DNA of 64,000 bases from Balanoglossus misakiensis (GCA_040954595.2 JBECUI020000032.1:152570-216569), one strand, 5' to 3'; shown: positions 1-11,144, numbered from the stretch's first letter. A program made the numbers and translations. Notes: generated by a model not told the origin, from the letters alone.

Positions 1-676
1 AGATAAAACACAGCGGACTGGTATCACTGAAAACAGGATGATAATTTAAAAAGGGAATAGTCACATGGTCACCAACGGAAACAGAGGTGACAAAGGTTTG
101 GTTTGCATCGTTTTCATAAACGGTCATTGCTCCACTACCCTGAATAAAACTGTAGACTTCCTCCTGGTCCGTATGGTTGTGAGGAGGCCAGGCCCGGGTA
201 GATTTTTCATAAAAGGTATATCCCGCTATAAACTTATTGGCATCTTCAGAGACATCGAACATTTTGTACACTACCTTTTTCTTCAGGTAACGAATCCTAC
301 TTTCAGTTTTCTTTGCCTCCTCAAAACGAGAATGAAATACCGGATAGATCTTATCTCCCACAGCCCTATAGACATAAAGCTTCCCTTCCGATTCTCCACT
401 GTGACTCACACTAAACCCTGTCCCTACAGGCACATACAACACGTCGTAATAGGCCAAATCATATTTTTCTCCGGCTACACGACAACTGACAGGACCGCCT
501 AAATTAAACAGAAGAACCTCTTCGCCTTGAAAAGCAAATGAGGGACTATCAGCCTCCCGAATAAGGAGTTCTGCTGCACTTAGGTAATCCAGTCCGCTGT
601 TTCGCTTGTTGAATATTTCCCGAAATTCACAACAGCTGTTTCTAGAGTTGAATTTCTTTCCTGGTTTAACCATCAT
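1..676 (-). CDS. iolB: IolB/KduI-family cupin isomerase (5-deoxy-glucuronate isomerase-like), runs off window start
   Basis: Not in the ORF track. Manual translation from ATG at 676 (AAGGA RBS upstream) gives MMVKPGKKF...RAWPPHNHTDQEEVYSF...NYHPVFS, with the WPPHxH/EEVY/YHPV metal-binding motifs of this family. Confidence 0.7.
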   Translation of the reverse strand, partial: MMVKPGKKFNSRNSCCEFREIFNKRNSGLDYLSAAELLIREADSPSFAFQGEEVLLFNLGGPVSCRVAGEKYDLAYYDVLYVPVGTGFSVSHSGESEGKLYVYRAVGDKIYPVFHSRFEEAKKTESRIRYLKKKVVYKMFDVSEDANKFIAGYTFYEKSTRAWPPHNHTDQEEVYSFIQGSGAMTVYENDANQTFVTSVSVGDHVTIPFLNYHPVFSDTSPLCFI

Positions 677-726
677 TTCATCCTTATAGACAATGAGGCT
701 TGCTTATTATTTATTTTCTATAAGTA

Positions 727-754
727 ATTATACAGAACACCAATAAAAGTGCAA
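727..754 (-). promoter_or_regulatory. sigma70-like promoter of iolB-like gene
   Basis: Minus strand reads TTGCAC-N16-TATAAT with TG just upstream of the -10 box. Confidence 0.5.
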
Positions 755-1008
755 CAACTTTTTAAAAAAATGTTCATCATAAAATTCTGAAAATCTTTGT
801 GGCTTGAGGGTTCTAAGGCAGCAAAACTGTTATTTGACCAAGTGGAGAATTTTGGGGGCTTAAAGCTGAGATTTAGGAACTTGGAAGAAAGAAAAACACC
901 GGCAAAGCCCGCCAGGAAGTCCAGAAAAGAAGAAACTCCTGTTTTTGGATGCTACGATGCTTTAAGAAATAATACCACTCCTCCGTTTTTGCAAGAGGAA
1001 TGGAAGGG

Positions 1009-3477
1009 TTAGAGAATGGGATGGTTGGGCTGACCCGGGACCTCTGTGCTTGTACCGGATTGGAGTATATGGGGGTGGTAGGCAGGATCGGCATTGACAA
1101 GGCTGGTGATGAGCCAGTCGTTGCTGTCCCAGCCCAAAGTGGCAGTGTACCAGCTTGGGGTTTTCAGTTGAGATAGCGTAACGGGGCTACCTTCAGTATT
1201 TGGACTGGAGTGGGGACTACCATCAAGGTTAGTAATATTCTGGTTCTCATAACGGTAGTGATTAATAAGGCCGCTACCGTTATTCTCTCCAAATAGACCG
1301 CCTATGTTCTCATCATCACCTGAGACATTCCCGGTAGCATAACAGCCACTGATCGTACCGTTGCTCGTGCTTCCTGCCAAACCACCTGTGCTACTGGAAC
1401 CCGAGATGTTTCCTGTGGCATAGCTGCTCCTTATGGTGCCTTCATTGTTGTATCCGACTAGACCGCCTGTTCGGTCGAGTCCTGAAACATCTCCGAGACT
1501 ATAACTGTTGGTCACAAAACCTTTATCGATTCTTCCAACCAGACCTCCTGTTCTGTAGATTCCCAAAACAGTTGCGGTACTGAAACTACCTGTTAAGGTG
1601 CCCTTGTCATTCCATCCGATTATACCCCCTACCCGCCCCTGCCCCGAGACGGTTCCAGTGGTATAGCTATTAATTACCATGCCTTGGTAATTATGTCCGA
1701 CTAAGCCTCCCGTGTACCAAAGACCCACAACTTCAGATTCCAAGAGTCTAAGTTTTTTGATTTCTCCACCATCTCCTAGAGTGCCAAACAAGCCGACCGC
1801 ATTGGTATTGGAGGCTACGATGTTCATGCCGCTAATGCTGTGGTCATTGCCGTCAAAGTGGCCGTTATAACCACCGTTTTTGTACTCATTATACTCACCG
1901 TACATTCCGATGGTAAGGGGATCCCAGTTTCCGTTTGCAGCGTTCTGATCGTTATCGTAAGGGTCATCCTGTATTCCGTCGTTGTTGGCATCGGCGAAGT
2001 TAAGGTCCTTTTCTAGTATGTAATCCCAACCAGGAGGATAATTCTCCATATCTACTCCGATTTTGGCCAGCTCGCTTAAACGGTGAATGTGCTGTGTGCC
2101 ATTGGGGGTAGGGATAAGGGGAGTGGAGTAGGTGTACACGGAATTTCCACCAACCAGGATGAGGCGTAGATAGTAAGTGGTACGATCAGTAAGTCCCGTT
2201 ATTTCTTGATATATAAAACTGCCTGCCCCTAGGAAGCTGGATTCATTGGTAATGGTGTTAAATCCAACATCCGTGGATAGCTGCATCTTGGCTGTTACTC
2301 CGTTGGGAGCCCCAACTCTGGCTCCTATTGTTGTTGACCGGGGTATGGCATCAAGAATGCCCAGACTAAAAGGCTGATGAGGATTGCCGTCAATTTCCAT
2401 CCAATTGTTTGTTTCTCCCAGAGAGTTTTCTCCCAGGACCCGGAGGTAATAGGAAGTGCCGCCAACCAGGTTGCTAAGGTTTATGTCTTGGGGACTCTCT
2501 GTGATCGTGATGGGATCTGAGGATATTCCCCGATCTGAGAAATCTTCTTGGGTGTGGGCCGATACGGTAATACTGACGCCAGGTAGGGCCGTGACTGTAA
2601 CCGTGATGGTTTCTATTTTACTTTCGACCTTTGTTACAGTGACTTCAGGGTTGGCCCGGGGAATGTAGGGAGGATTATGGGGGGGTGATATCCAGTTACT
2701 GACGTCCCCCTGCTGGCTCATGCCCCGGACTCGAAGATAATAAGAAGTTCCATTGTTCAGACCGGTAAGGCTCAAACCAAGGGGAGCTTGGGGGGTCGAC
2801 TCAAAATCAGCTAGTATTCCTTCATCGGAAAAATCTTGTTCCTTATGAGCTACGATAAGGTATGTCACATTAGCTAGGTTTTTGAGAGCAAGGGTGAGGC
2901 TCTTGTATCCTATTCTCACATCTTCTATGACTTGGGGATCAAGATATGGGGTTTGATTCTCAAAACCATTCCAGGGAGTAAGGTCATAACCTGTCCCTCC
3001 AATGGAATAACTGAGGGAAATTTGCTCCTGAGAGCTGGAAAAGGTTTCAGCAAAGCTGGAAGCAAGGGCGGGGGGCTGGGGTGCTAAGATGATCACACTG
3101 GATAAAGCCGTATTCGTAAAGGCTAGATGACCTATAAAGGCCACTCCAGTTCCCATCTCTACCTCTGTAAGAGATTCAGTATGATTGAATGCCTCATTCT
3201 CTATGATGCTCACGCTGTCAGGGATGCTTACCTTGGTCAGGCTAGATCCTTTAAAGGCGGCCTGGGCGATTTTCGTGACCGGTTTATCCTTAATACGAGA
3301 GGGAATTTCCAGGATACTGCTAGCCTGGCCCTGTTCCGAGAGACCGGTTATGGTTATGTTTTCTCCTACTTCAAGGTAGTTAACATCTTCATATTGGCCA
3401 GATGGTATCGACGAAACGGCACATCCAGCCAAAAAAAGAATTAAGAAAGCCAGAAAGATTGTAGAATTAAACTTCAT
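1009..3477 (-). CDS. Surface lipoprotein paralog A: BspA-type LRR, Fn3-like repeats, GLUG repeats (intact, no SSR)
   Basis: 822 aa ORF. Lipobox FLAGC; LRR SLTKVSIPDSVSIIENEAF; repeated GLxxGTSYYLRV; DANNDG loop; GGLVG..SY.TG.VSG repeats. Confidence 0.85.
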   Translation of the reverse strand: MKFNSTIFLAFLILFLAGCAVSSIPSGQYEDVNYLEVGENITITGLSEQGQASSILEIPSRIKDKPVTKIAQAAFKGSSLTKVSIPDSVSIIENEAFNHTESLTEVEMGTGVAFIGHLAFTNTALSSVIILAPQPPALASSFAETFSSSQEQISLSYSIGGTGYDLTPWNGFENQTPYLDPQVIEDVRIGYKSLTLALKNLANVTYLIVAHKEQDFSDEGILADFESTPQAPLGLSLTGLNNGTSYYLRVRGMSQQGDVSNWISPPHNPPYIPRANPEVTVTKVESKIETITVTVTALPGVSITVSAHTQEDFSDRGISSDPITITESPQDINLSNLVGGTSYYLRVLGENSLGETNNWMEIDGNPHQPFSLGILDAIPRSTTIGARVGAPNGVTAKMQLSTDVGFNTITNESSFLGAGSFIYQEITGLTDRTTYYLRLILVGGNSVYTYSTPLIPTPNGTQHIHRLSELAKIGVDMENYPPGWDYILEKDLNFADANNDGIQDDPYDNDQNAANGNWDPLTIGMYGEYNEYKNGGYNGHFDGNDHSISGMNIVASNTNAVGLFGTLGDGGEIKKLRLLESEVVGLWYTGGLVGHNYQGMVINSYTTGTVSGQGRVGGIIGWNDKGTLTGSFSTATVLGIYRTGGLVGRIDKGFVTNSYSLGDVSGLDRTGGLVGYNNEGTIRSSYATGNISGSSSTGGLAGSTSNGTISGCYATGNVSGDDENIGGLFGENNGSGLINHYRYENQNITNLDGSPHSSPNTEGSPVTLSQLKTPSWYTATLGWDSNDWLITSLVNADPAYHPHILQSGTSTEVPGQPNHPIL

Positions 3478-3769
3478 ACTATGTGTTTGTCTGTTACTCC
3501 TTCTTATTATTATCGCATCTTTGGAATAATAACAGATTTATTTTTATCAAGTTTTTATTTATCGGCGCCTGATTTTCCTGCGGTGGAGGGAAATTATTTT
3601 GACTAGCATAGGTGGGAACCTCCAAGCAGTCTGGACCTGCACCAGGGAGAAAATGGACAATGAAGTCATTTTATTGGCATCCCGGCAGGTAAATTCCACC
3701 AAGATTAGCCTCAAATCGGCATTACAGCTAAAGGAAATTTCAAGAGTTTTCCTGTAGGGGTAATGGGGA

Positions 3770-4110
3770 TAAGAAATGGGGCTTGGCCCGAAATCTCTGT
3801 GACCGTTCAGGTTAGGGGTAACGAGAGGGGTAGGCGGGAGAGCTAACTGACTGATCGGAGTTGTTCCACTCAATGGTTCCCGTGTAGCAGCCTGGGATTT
3901 GGAATTCGGCTAGGGTGACAATGCTGCCTGATAAGTGGGGTATCATGGAAAGTGAAGCTACACATAGCTGTCGTTGCCCCTTATGAAAGCTTCCAACCGA
4001 CCAAAAAACCTGTGTTGTTATTGACAGGGATACCCACCTGATCAGTCCAGAATCCCTATTGTTCCAGCTATGGTGTTTTTTGAAGTATTTTTCTTTTTGA
4101 GATGGCTCAT
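3770..4110 (-). pseudogene. Heavily decayed remnant of the lipoprotein family
   Basis: One minus frame reads SGSIVTLAEFQIPGCYTGTIEW..SPAY, then VTEISGQA. This matches the family C-terminus (EGSPVTLSQLKTPSWYTATLGW..DPAYHPH..TEVPGQP). Confidence 0.45.
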
Positions 4111-4228
4111 GGGAAAACCTTTAAGTTCTTTAGGCGGGGGGAATACGGACTCAAGGCCTGTGGATTTGGCTTGGAGTGCTCAAGCAGACTTGGGGAATTC
4201 AGGGAGCGTGACCCTAAGGAGAATCCCC

Positions 4229-4302
4229 TGCGTCAGGGATTGGAGGGGCGCCGGAGGCGGTCCGATAGGACCGTAGCCCCGCAAAGCCCGCCCGGACGCC
4301 CA
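4229..4302 (-). ncRNA. Structured 74-nt repeat, Flavo-1 RNA motif-like (copy 1)
   Basis: GGGCGTCCGGGCGGGCTTT...CAATCCCTGACGCA, near-identical at 20285-20358 and 60045-60117. Ends resemble the Flavo-1 motif from memory. Confidence 0.55.
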
Positions 4303-4379
4303 GAAAAGAAGAAGTTACTGCATTTTTGATACTGCGATATTTCTGTAGAAGAAACATCCCGCTTTTACATGTAAGTGAG

Positions 4380-5207
4380 GAGAAGTTAGTTGGGTTGGTG
4401 GGCTGGCCCAGAACTTCTATGCTTGCTCCGATTTGAAGTGTATGGGGGTGCTAGGAAGGAGTGGCGTTGATAAGACCAGAAAGTTGCCAATCGGTGGTGG
4501 AGCAATTTAGCTTACCAAATCCTCCAGAAAAAGGCCCAGAAAAGAAGAAGTTACTGTATTAAGGGCAAGGAATCTGCTTTATCAAGCAGAATCCACTTCT
4601 GCCGGAGTAACGTGCAAGCTAAGAAATGAACTTAGGGAAGGGAGCTGCTGAGCTGATCGGGAAAGTCTGGGACCTGAGGGGCGTAGGGGATTTCCCTCTA
4701 CCCGATGTCGATGAGACAAGAGTTTATGGGCCAAGCAACACAATAACCCACAAAAAACTTCCTTAATGCTGTGGTTCTTACCATCAAAGCTCCCAGCATA
4801 TCCGCCGCTTTGGTAGGTTCCAGCTTCGTCAGGAGTTCCACGAACCAGGGGGGGGGTAAGTTCTCATTATTGCTAAGGTCGTCGCTATCGTAGGGGGCAT
4901 CCATAAACCTGTTGTTGTCGGCGTCAGCAAAGTTGAGATCCAACCTTCACTCATAGTTCCAGCTAGGACTAGAGTTTTAAAAGGCTTCCCTGGCTATGGC
5001 CACAACCGATTTGCCCTGAATGTCAGAGGGAATTGTCAGTAAGGTGATCCCTTGGCTTGCCAGGCCTGTTATGGTGATTCCCCCGCCTTCGTTCTGTTAG
5101 GTGATTGTTCCGAATGTATGGGTAACGGTGAGATTGCTGCAGGAAGTCATCATATAAAGGGCCAAGAGCACAATGCCGACTGCTATGAGAAAAGCTTTCC
5201 TACGCAT
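4380..5207 (-). pseudogene. Internally deleted lipoprotein paralog with in-frame stops
   Basis: MRRKAFLIAVGIVLLALYMMTSC signal, then TAA in place of Tyr. The LRR start is joined directly to SWNYE*..LDLNFADADNN, and the tail reads DWQLSGLINATPS*HPH. Substitution stops plus large deletions indicate real decay rather than indel noise. Confidence 0.75.
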
Positions 5208-5377
5208 GCTTTAAAACTCCTTTATCCCCTCTTGAAGGTAATCAAAAAACTCAAGGAAAATGATGGAATAAGGCAAACAGTCACTCGATTTAGGGCCCTA
5301 TGGGTCCAGAAGCCCCCAAAGACCCTCCCAGGTGGGCCCGGGAATGAGGAACTCCAGGGGAAATGGTGATTGAAGAT

Positions 5378-5412
5378 AAAAACAGCCCCCTTCCGTAAAG
5401 ACGGGGTAGCTT
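5378..5412 (-). terminator. Possible intrinsic terminator after paralog B
   Basis: Imperfect GC-rich hairpin AGCTACCCCGTCTTTACGGAAGGGGGCT followed by GTTTTT on the minus strand. Confidence 0.4.
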
Positions 5413-5417
5413 GATGG

Positions 5418-7815
5418 CTAGGGGGTTGGCAGGGGGGTGTCGGGCTGGCCGGGAAAGTTGTTGATGTGGGGGTGGTAGGCGGGACTGCCGTCCACCCGGC
5501 CTTCAATGACCCAATCGTTGGCGGACCAGCCTAGCCTGCCAGTGTTGGTCCCGGTGTACCAGCTTGGGGTTTTTAGTTGATCCAGGCTGACGGTGCTGCC
5601 TAGGGTGCTGGGTGTAGGGTGGGCATTGCCGTCAGGGGCCGTGATACTCTGATTCGCATAGCGGTAGCTGTTCGTTATGGTTCCTGGGGCACGAATAGTT
5701 CCAACCAAACCACCCACCTGGGTGGTGTCTCTCTGACCCAAGACATTCCCTGTAGCATAGCTATTCGTTAGGGTACCTCCATCGAGGAATCCTATCAAAC
5801 CACCTACCTGAGAACCCTGCCCCGAGACATCTCCAGTAGCATAGCTGCCTGTTATGTGAGCAGTGAGCTGTCCAACCAAACCACCCACGTACTTATCCTG
5901 CCCCGAGACATCTCCAGTGGCATAGCTGCCTGTTATGCTACTAGCTATACTATTGTAGCTTCCTACCAAACCACCCACGCCGCTCCCTTGCCCCGAGACA
6001 TCTCCGGTGGAATAGCTATCCCTTATGCTACCGCCGCTGGACCCAGCCAAGCCTCCCACGTGACTCCCCTGCCCCGAGACATCTCCGGTGGAATAGCTAT
6101 CCCTTATGCTACCGCCGCTGGACCCAGCCAAGCCTCCCACGTTATTTCCCTGTCCCGAGACATCTCCGGTGGAATAGCTATCCCTTATGCTGCCGCTGCT
6201 GGACCCAGTCAAGCCACCCACGCTGCTGCTACCCGTGACAGAAGCCGCAGCATAGCTACCGCTTATGGTAGCCCAGGAGCGCCCGACCAAAGCACCCACA
6301 TCGCGGTACCCCAAAACAGAGCCCCCAATCAGTCCCAGATCCTTTATCTCACTTCCACCAGTAACCGTGGCCCCGAAAAAACCAACTCCATCGGCTTCAG
6401 GAGTTGTGACGGTCATTCCCTCGATACTGTGGTTTTTACCATCAAAGTTCCCAGCATATCCACCGCTTAGGTAGTTGCCATCGTCGTCATAAGTCCAGGG
6501 CTAAGAGGGGTCCAGTTTCCGTTGTCGGCATCATCGTCGCTGTCGAAGGGGTCATCCCTGATCCCATCGTTGTCGGCGTCAGCGAAGTTGAGGTCCATGC
6601 TTAGCTCGTAGTTCCAGTTATCGGGGTAGTTTTCCGTATCCACTCCGATTTTGGCCAGTTCACTCAGGCGGTGGATGTACTGCTTGCCATCGGCGGTGGG
6701 GATGAGGGGGGTGGTGTAACGGTATTCAGCGCTGCCGTCGCTGAGCTGGGCATGCAGGTAGTAGGCGGTCTCGGTTACTGACCCCGCTGAGTTCCACTGT
6801 CTGAGGGCCGGGGCTGCCTGTAAAGGAAACCTTCTTGACCATGATGTTTAAAGCCTGGTCGGTGAAGGCTTGGAGTTCTGCTTCTAGTCCTAGGGGAACG
6901 CCAACTTCACCATGATTTTTCCAGAACGGGGACGGCATCGGTAATGACGATGCCATGGGGAGAGTAAGGATTAGGAAGCGTTATCCAATCCGTGGAGGCC
7001 TCCGGGAGACCTGATTCCCTTTGGCCCGCAGGCGGTAGGAGGTACCGTCGGTCAGGCCAGTCAAGCTTATCTCCTGGGATGTTGTTGCCGTCGGTTCGGA
7101 ACAGCTGTTGCGGTAGCTTCACTGCTAAAGTCAGCTTCGGTGTGAGCTTCAACGGTAATGCCTAACGCCGGGTAGGGGCTTGAGGGTGATGATGAGGCTT
7201 TGGTAAGCCTGTCTTATGTTTTCAATGATAGCGGGGTCCAAGGCCCGTTCCGGACCGCCGAAGCCGCTCCAGAGGCCTTCAGTGTAGCCTGTTGTTTCTC
7301 CGATGGGGTAAAGGAGGGTGATCCCGGTCAAGGGGGCAGGAAAGGCCTCGGCGGGGCTGCCTATAAAGCTGGGGGCCTTGGGGGCCAGGATGGTCAGCTT
7401 GTTGAGAGCCGTTCCGGCGAAGGCCAGATTGCCGATGGAGGTGATACCGTTACCTATCTGCACTTCGCTCAAGGAGGCAGCTGAGTTGAAGGCCTCGTCT
7501 CCTATAGTTGTGACGCTGTTGGGAATATTTATGCTGGTGAGGGTAGAGTTTTTAAAGGCTGCCTCGGCTATGGCCGTAACGGGCTTGTTGTGAATAAAAG
7601 AGGGTATGCTGAGGTCGGTGATGTCTCGTCTTGCCAGACCAGTTATAGTGATTTCCTGCCTTCGTCCTGGTAGGTAAGTGCGTCGAAACTAAGGGGGGCA
7701 GTAGGGTTGCTGCAGGAAGTTATCAGGTAGAACACAAAAAGGAAAAAACCAACTTTGGCGGCTAGGGTTCCTCTATGTTGTCTTACGCGGGGAGAGGGTG
7801 AGTATCTAAATTCAT
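5418..7815 (-). CDS. Lipoprotein paralog B (LRR-Fn3-GLUG); SSR collapsed; frameshifted as assembled
   Basis: ATG at 7815 after AAGGAG; lipobox LITSC. ORF pieces 7149-7472, 6726-7152 and 5418-6416 are colinear with intact paralog F. Confidence 0.8.
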
Positions 7816-7847
7816 ATGTTGGATCTCCTTACAAACTTGATTGGCCT

Positions 7848-7876
7848 ATCATATAGTAGGACTACGTTCTTGTCAA
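7848..7876 (-). promoter_or_regulatory. sigma70-like promoter of paralog B
   Basis: TTGACA-N17-TATGAT, at the same position as in paralogs C, D and E. Confidence 0.7.
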
Positions 7877-8059
7877 AGCTTTGCCATAGCCTAAAAGCTT
7901 TGCCATAGGTAAAAGACTTTTGATTGAGCAGTGATATTGAATAATGACACTACGCTTCTAAAGTTTATTGCGTTTTAGAGGGAAAGCCAAGTTTTTTGGA
8001 ATTATTCTCTGTTTTTTGGGGAAGACTTCGGGGTTGGGGCGGCGATGGAGAGGTCCAGG

Positions 8060-8575
8060 GGGGCTGGTTTGGGGAGATGAGCCTTCCAAGGCCCGCACGG
8101 ACTGCGGGCCTTGGAGGGCGGGATTGCTGGTAGAGGCATCATCCCGCATTTGCGGGGGTGATGGCTAGGGGGGTGGTAGGGGGGGTGTCGGGCTGGCCGG
8201 GGAAGTTGGTGATGTGGGGCTGGTTGGGGGAGATTAGCCTTCCAAGGCCCGCACGGACTGCGGGGCTTGGAGGGCGGGATTGCTGGTAGAGGCATCATCC
8301 CCGCATTTGCGGGGGTGATGGCTAGGGGGTTGGCAGGGGGGTGTCGGGCTGGCCGGGGAAGTTGGTGATGTGGGGTGGTAGGCGGGGGTCGGGCTGGCCG
8401 AGGAAGTTGGTGATGTGGGGCTGGTTGGGGGAGATTAGCCTTCCAAGGCCCGCACGGACTGCGGGGATTGGAGGGCGGGATTGCTGGTAGAGGCATCATC
8501 CCCGCATTTGCGGGGGTGATGGCTAGGGGGTTGGTAGGGGGGTGTCGGGCTGGCCGGGGAAGTTGGTGATGTGGG
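8060..8575. repeat. Triplicated ~157-bp module: last ~55 nt of the gene plus two downstream hairpins
   Basis: Three copies of gccttccaaggcccgcacggactgcggg...catcatccccgcatttgcgggggtgatggctaggggg...gaagttggtgatgtgggg. The middle copy has an extra ~45-nt duplication. Confidence 0.9.
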
Positions 8576-11112
8576 GGTGGTAGGCGGGACTGCCGTCCAC
8601 CCGGCCTTCAATGACCCAATCGTTGACGGACCAGCCTAGCTTGCCAATTTCGGTTCCGGTGTACCAGCTTGGGGTTTTTAGTTGATCCAGGCTGACGGTG
8701 CTGCCTAGGGTGCTGGGGTAGGGTGGCATTGCCGTCAGGGGCCGTGATACTCTGATTCGCATAGCGGTAGCTGTTCGTTATGGTGCCAGAAAAGGATGCT
8801 CCGACCAAACCACCCACCTGGGTGGAGGCACTCTTCCCCACGACATTCCCTGTAGCATAGCTATTCGTTAGGGTACCTCCATCGAGGAATCCTATCAAAC
8901 CACCCACACTAAAGGACCCCGAGACATCTCCAGTAGCATAGCTGCCTGTTATGCTAGCAGAGCTGTGCCCGGCCAAACCACCCACAGCATCGTTCCCCGA
9001 GACATCTCCAGTAGCATAGCTGCCTGTTATGCTAGCAGAGCTGTGCCCGGCCAAGCCGCCCACGTTGCTGCTACCCGTGACAGAACCCGTGGCATAGCTG
9101 CCTGTTATGCTAGCAGTGCTGAGCCCAGCCAAGCCGCCGACATACCCCTGACCCGAGACAACCCCAGTGGCATAGCTCTCTGTTATGACCCCACTATTTT
9201 CTCCAACCAAACCACCCACGTGACGCCCCTGCCCCGAGACATCTCCAGTGGCATAGCTAGCCCTTATGCTACCACCGCTGTACCCAGCCAAGCCTCCCAC
9301 GTAACTCCCCTGCCCCGAGACATCTCCGGTGGAATAGCTATCCCTTATGCTGCCGCTGCTGGACCCAGCCAAGCCACCCACGTTGCTGCTACCCGTGACA
9401 GAACCCGTGGTATAGCTGCCTGTTATGGTTCCACCCGATACTCCAGCCAAACCACCAACGCTTCTGCTACCCGTGACAGAACCCGTAGCATAGCTGCCTA
9501 TAATCTCTCCCTCGTTATACCCAACCAAACTACCTACGTTAGAATTACCCGAGAAAGAGCCACCCAGCAGTGCCAGATCCTTAATTTGACCTCCAGCAAG
9601 CATAAAATTAAAAAACCGACTCTATTAGCTAAAGGTGTCGTGACGGTCATTCCCTCGATACTGTGGTTTTTACCATCAAAGTTCCCAGCATATCCACCGC
9701 TTAGGTAGTTTCCATCGTCGTCATAAGTTCCAGGGCTAAGAGGGGTCCAGTTTCCGTTGTCGGCATCATCGTCGCTGTCGAAGGGGTCATCCCTGATCCC
9801 GTCGTTGTCAGCGTCAGCGAAGTTGAGGTCCATGCTTAGCTCGTAGTTCCAGTTATCGGGGTAGTTTTCCGTATCCACTCCGATTTTGGCCAGTTCGCTT
9901 AGGCGGTGGATGTACTGCTTGCCGTCGGCGGTGGGGATGAGGGGAGTGAATAGCGGTATTCAGCGCTGCCGTCGCTGAGCTGGGCACGCAGGTAGTAGAG
10001 CCTTTCATTGCTGACCCCGCTGAGTTCCACTGTCTGAGGGCCGGGGCTGCCTGTAAAGGAAACCTTCTTGACCATGATGCTTAAAGCCTGGTCGGTGAAG
10101 GCCTGGAGTTCTGCTTCTAGTCCTAGGGGAGCGTCAACTTCAACCATGATTTTTCCAGAACGGGGAACGGCATCGGTAATGGCGATGCCATAGGGAGAGT
10201 AAGGATTAGGAAGCGTTATCCAATCCGTGAAGGCCTCCGGGGAGACCTGGCTCCCTTTGGCCCGCAGGTGGTAGGAGGTACCGTCGGTCAGGCCAGTCAG
10301 GCTTATCTCCTGGGATGTTGTTGCCGTCGGTTCGGAAACTGCTGTTGCGGTGGTAGAGCCAGCTTCGGTGAGAGCTTCTACGGTAATGCTAACGCCGGGT
10401 AGGGGCTTGAGGGTGATAATGAGGCTTTGGTAAGCCTGTCTTATGTTTTCAATGACAGAGGGGTCCAAGGCCCGTTCTGGACCGCCAAAGCCGCTCCAGG
10501 GGGCTTCAGTGTAGCCTGTTGTTTCTCCGATGGGGTAAAGGAGGGTGATCCCGGTCAAGGGGGCGGGAAAGGCCTCGGGAGGACTGCCTATAAAGCTGGG
10601 GGCCCTGGGGGCCAGGACGGTGAGTTTATTAAGGGCCGTTCCGGCGAAGGCCAGATTGCCGATGGAGGTGATACCGTTACCTATCTGCACTTCGCTCAAG
10701 GAGGCAGCTGAGTTGAAGGCCTCGTCTCCTATAGTCCGTGACGCTGTTGGGAATATTTATGCTGGTGAGGGTAGAGTTTTTAAAGGCTGCCTCGGCTATG
10801 GGCCCGTAACGGGCTTGTTTATAAATGAAAGAGGTATGCTGAGGTCGGTGCTCTCTCGTCTTGCCAGACCAGTTATAGTGATTCCCTGCCTTCGTCCTGG
10901 TAGGTAAGTGCGTCGAAACTAGGGGGGCGGTGAGGTTGCTGCAGGAAGTTATCAGGTAGAAAACGAAAGGGAAAGACCAACTTTAGTGGCTAGGGTTTTT
11001 CTATGCTGTCTTACGCGGGGAAGTGAGTGAGTGAGTGAGTGAGTGAGTGAGTGAGTGAGTGAGTGAGTGAGTGAGTGAGTGAGTGAGTGAGTGAGTTGGT
11101 AAATAAATTCAT
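8523..11112 (-). CDS. Lipoprotein paralog C (LRR-Fn3-GLUG) with 5' (CACT)18; frameshifted as assembled
   Basis: ATG at 11112; lipobox LITSC. ORF pieces 9899-10699, 9534-9878, 8608-9603 and 8523-8762. Confidence 0.8.
11022..11093 (-). repeat. (CACT)18 tetranucleotide SSR inside the 5' end of paralog C
   Basis: 72 nt of AGTG on the plus strand, ending 19 nt before the ATG at 11112. Confidence 0.95.
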
Positions 11113-11144
11113 ATGCTGGATCTCCTTACAAATTTGATTGGTCT

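Noticed and set aside
65-502. 145-aa plus-strand ORF
   Set aside because: Antisense to the iolB-like gene.
8002-8499. 165-aa Pro-rich ORF
   Set aside because: Product of the triplicated hairpin/tail module, not a credible gene.
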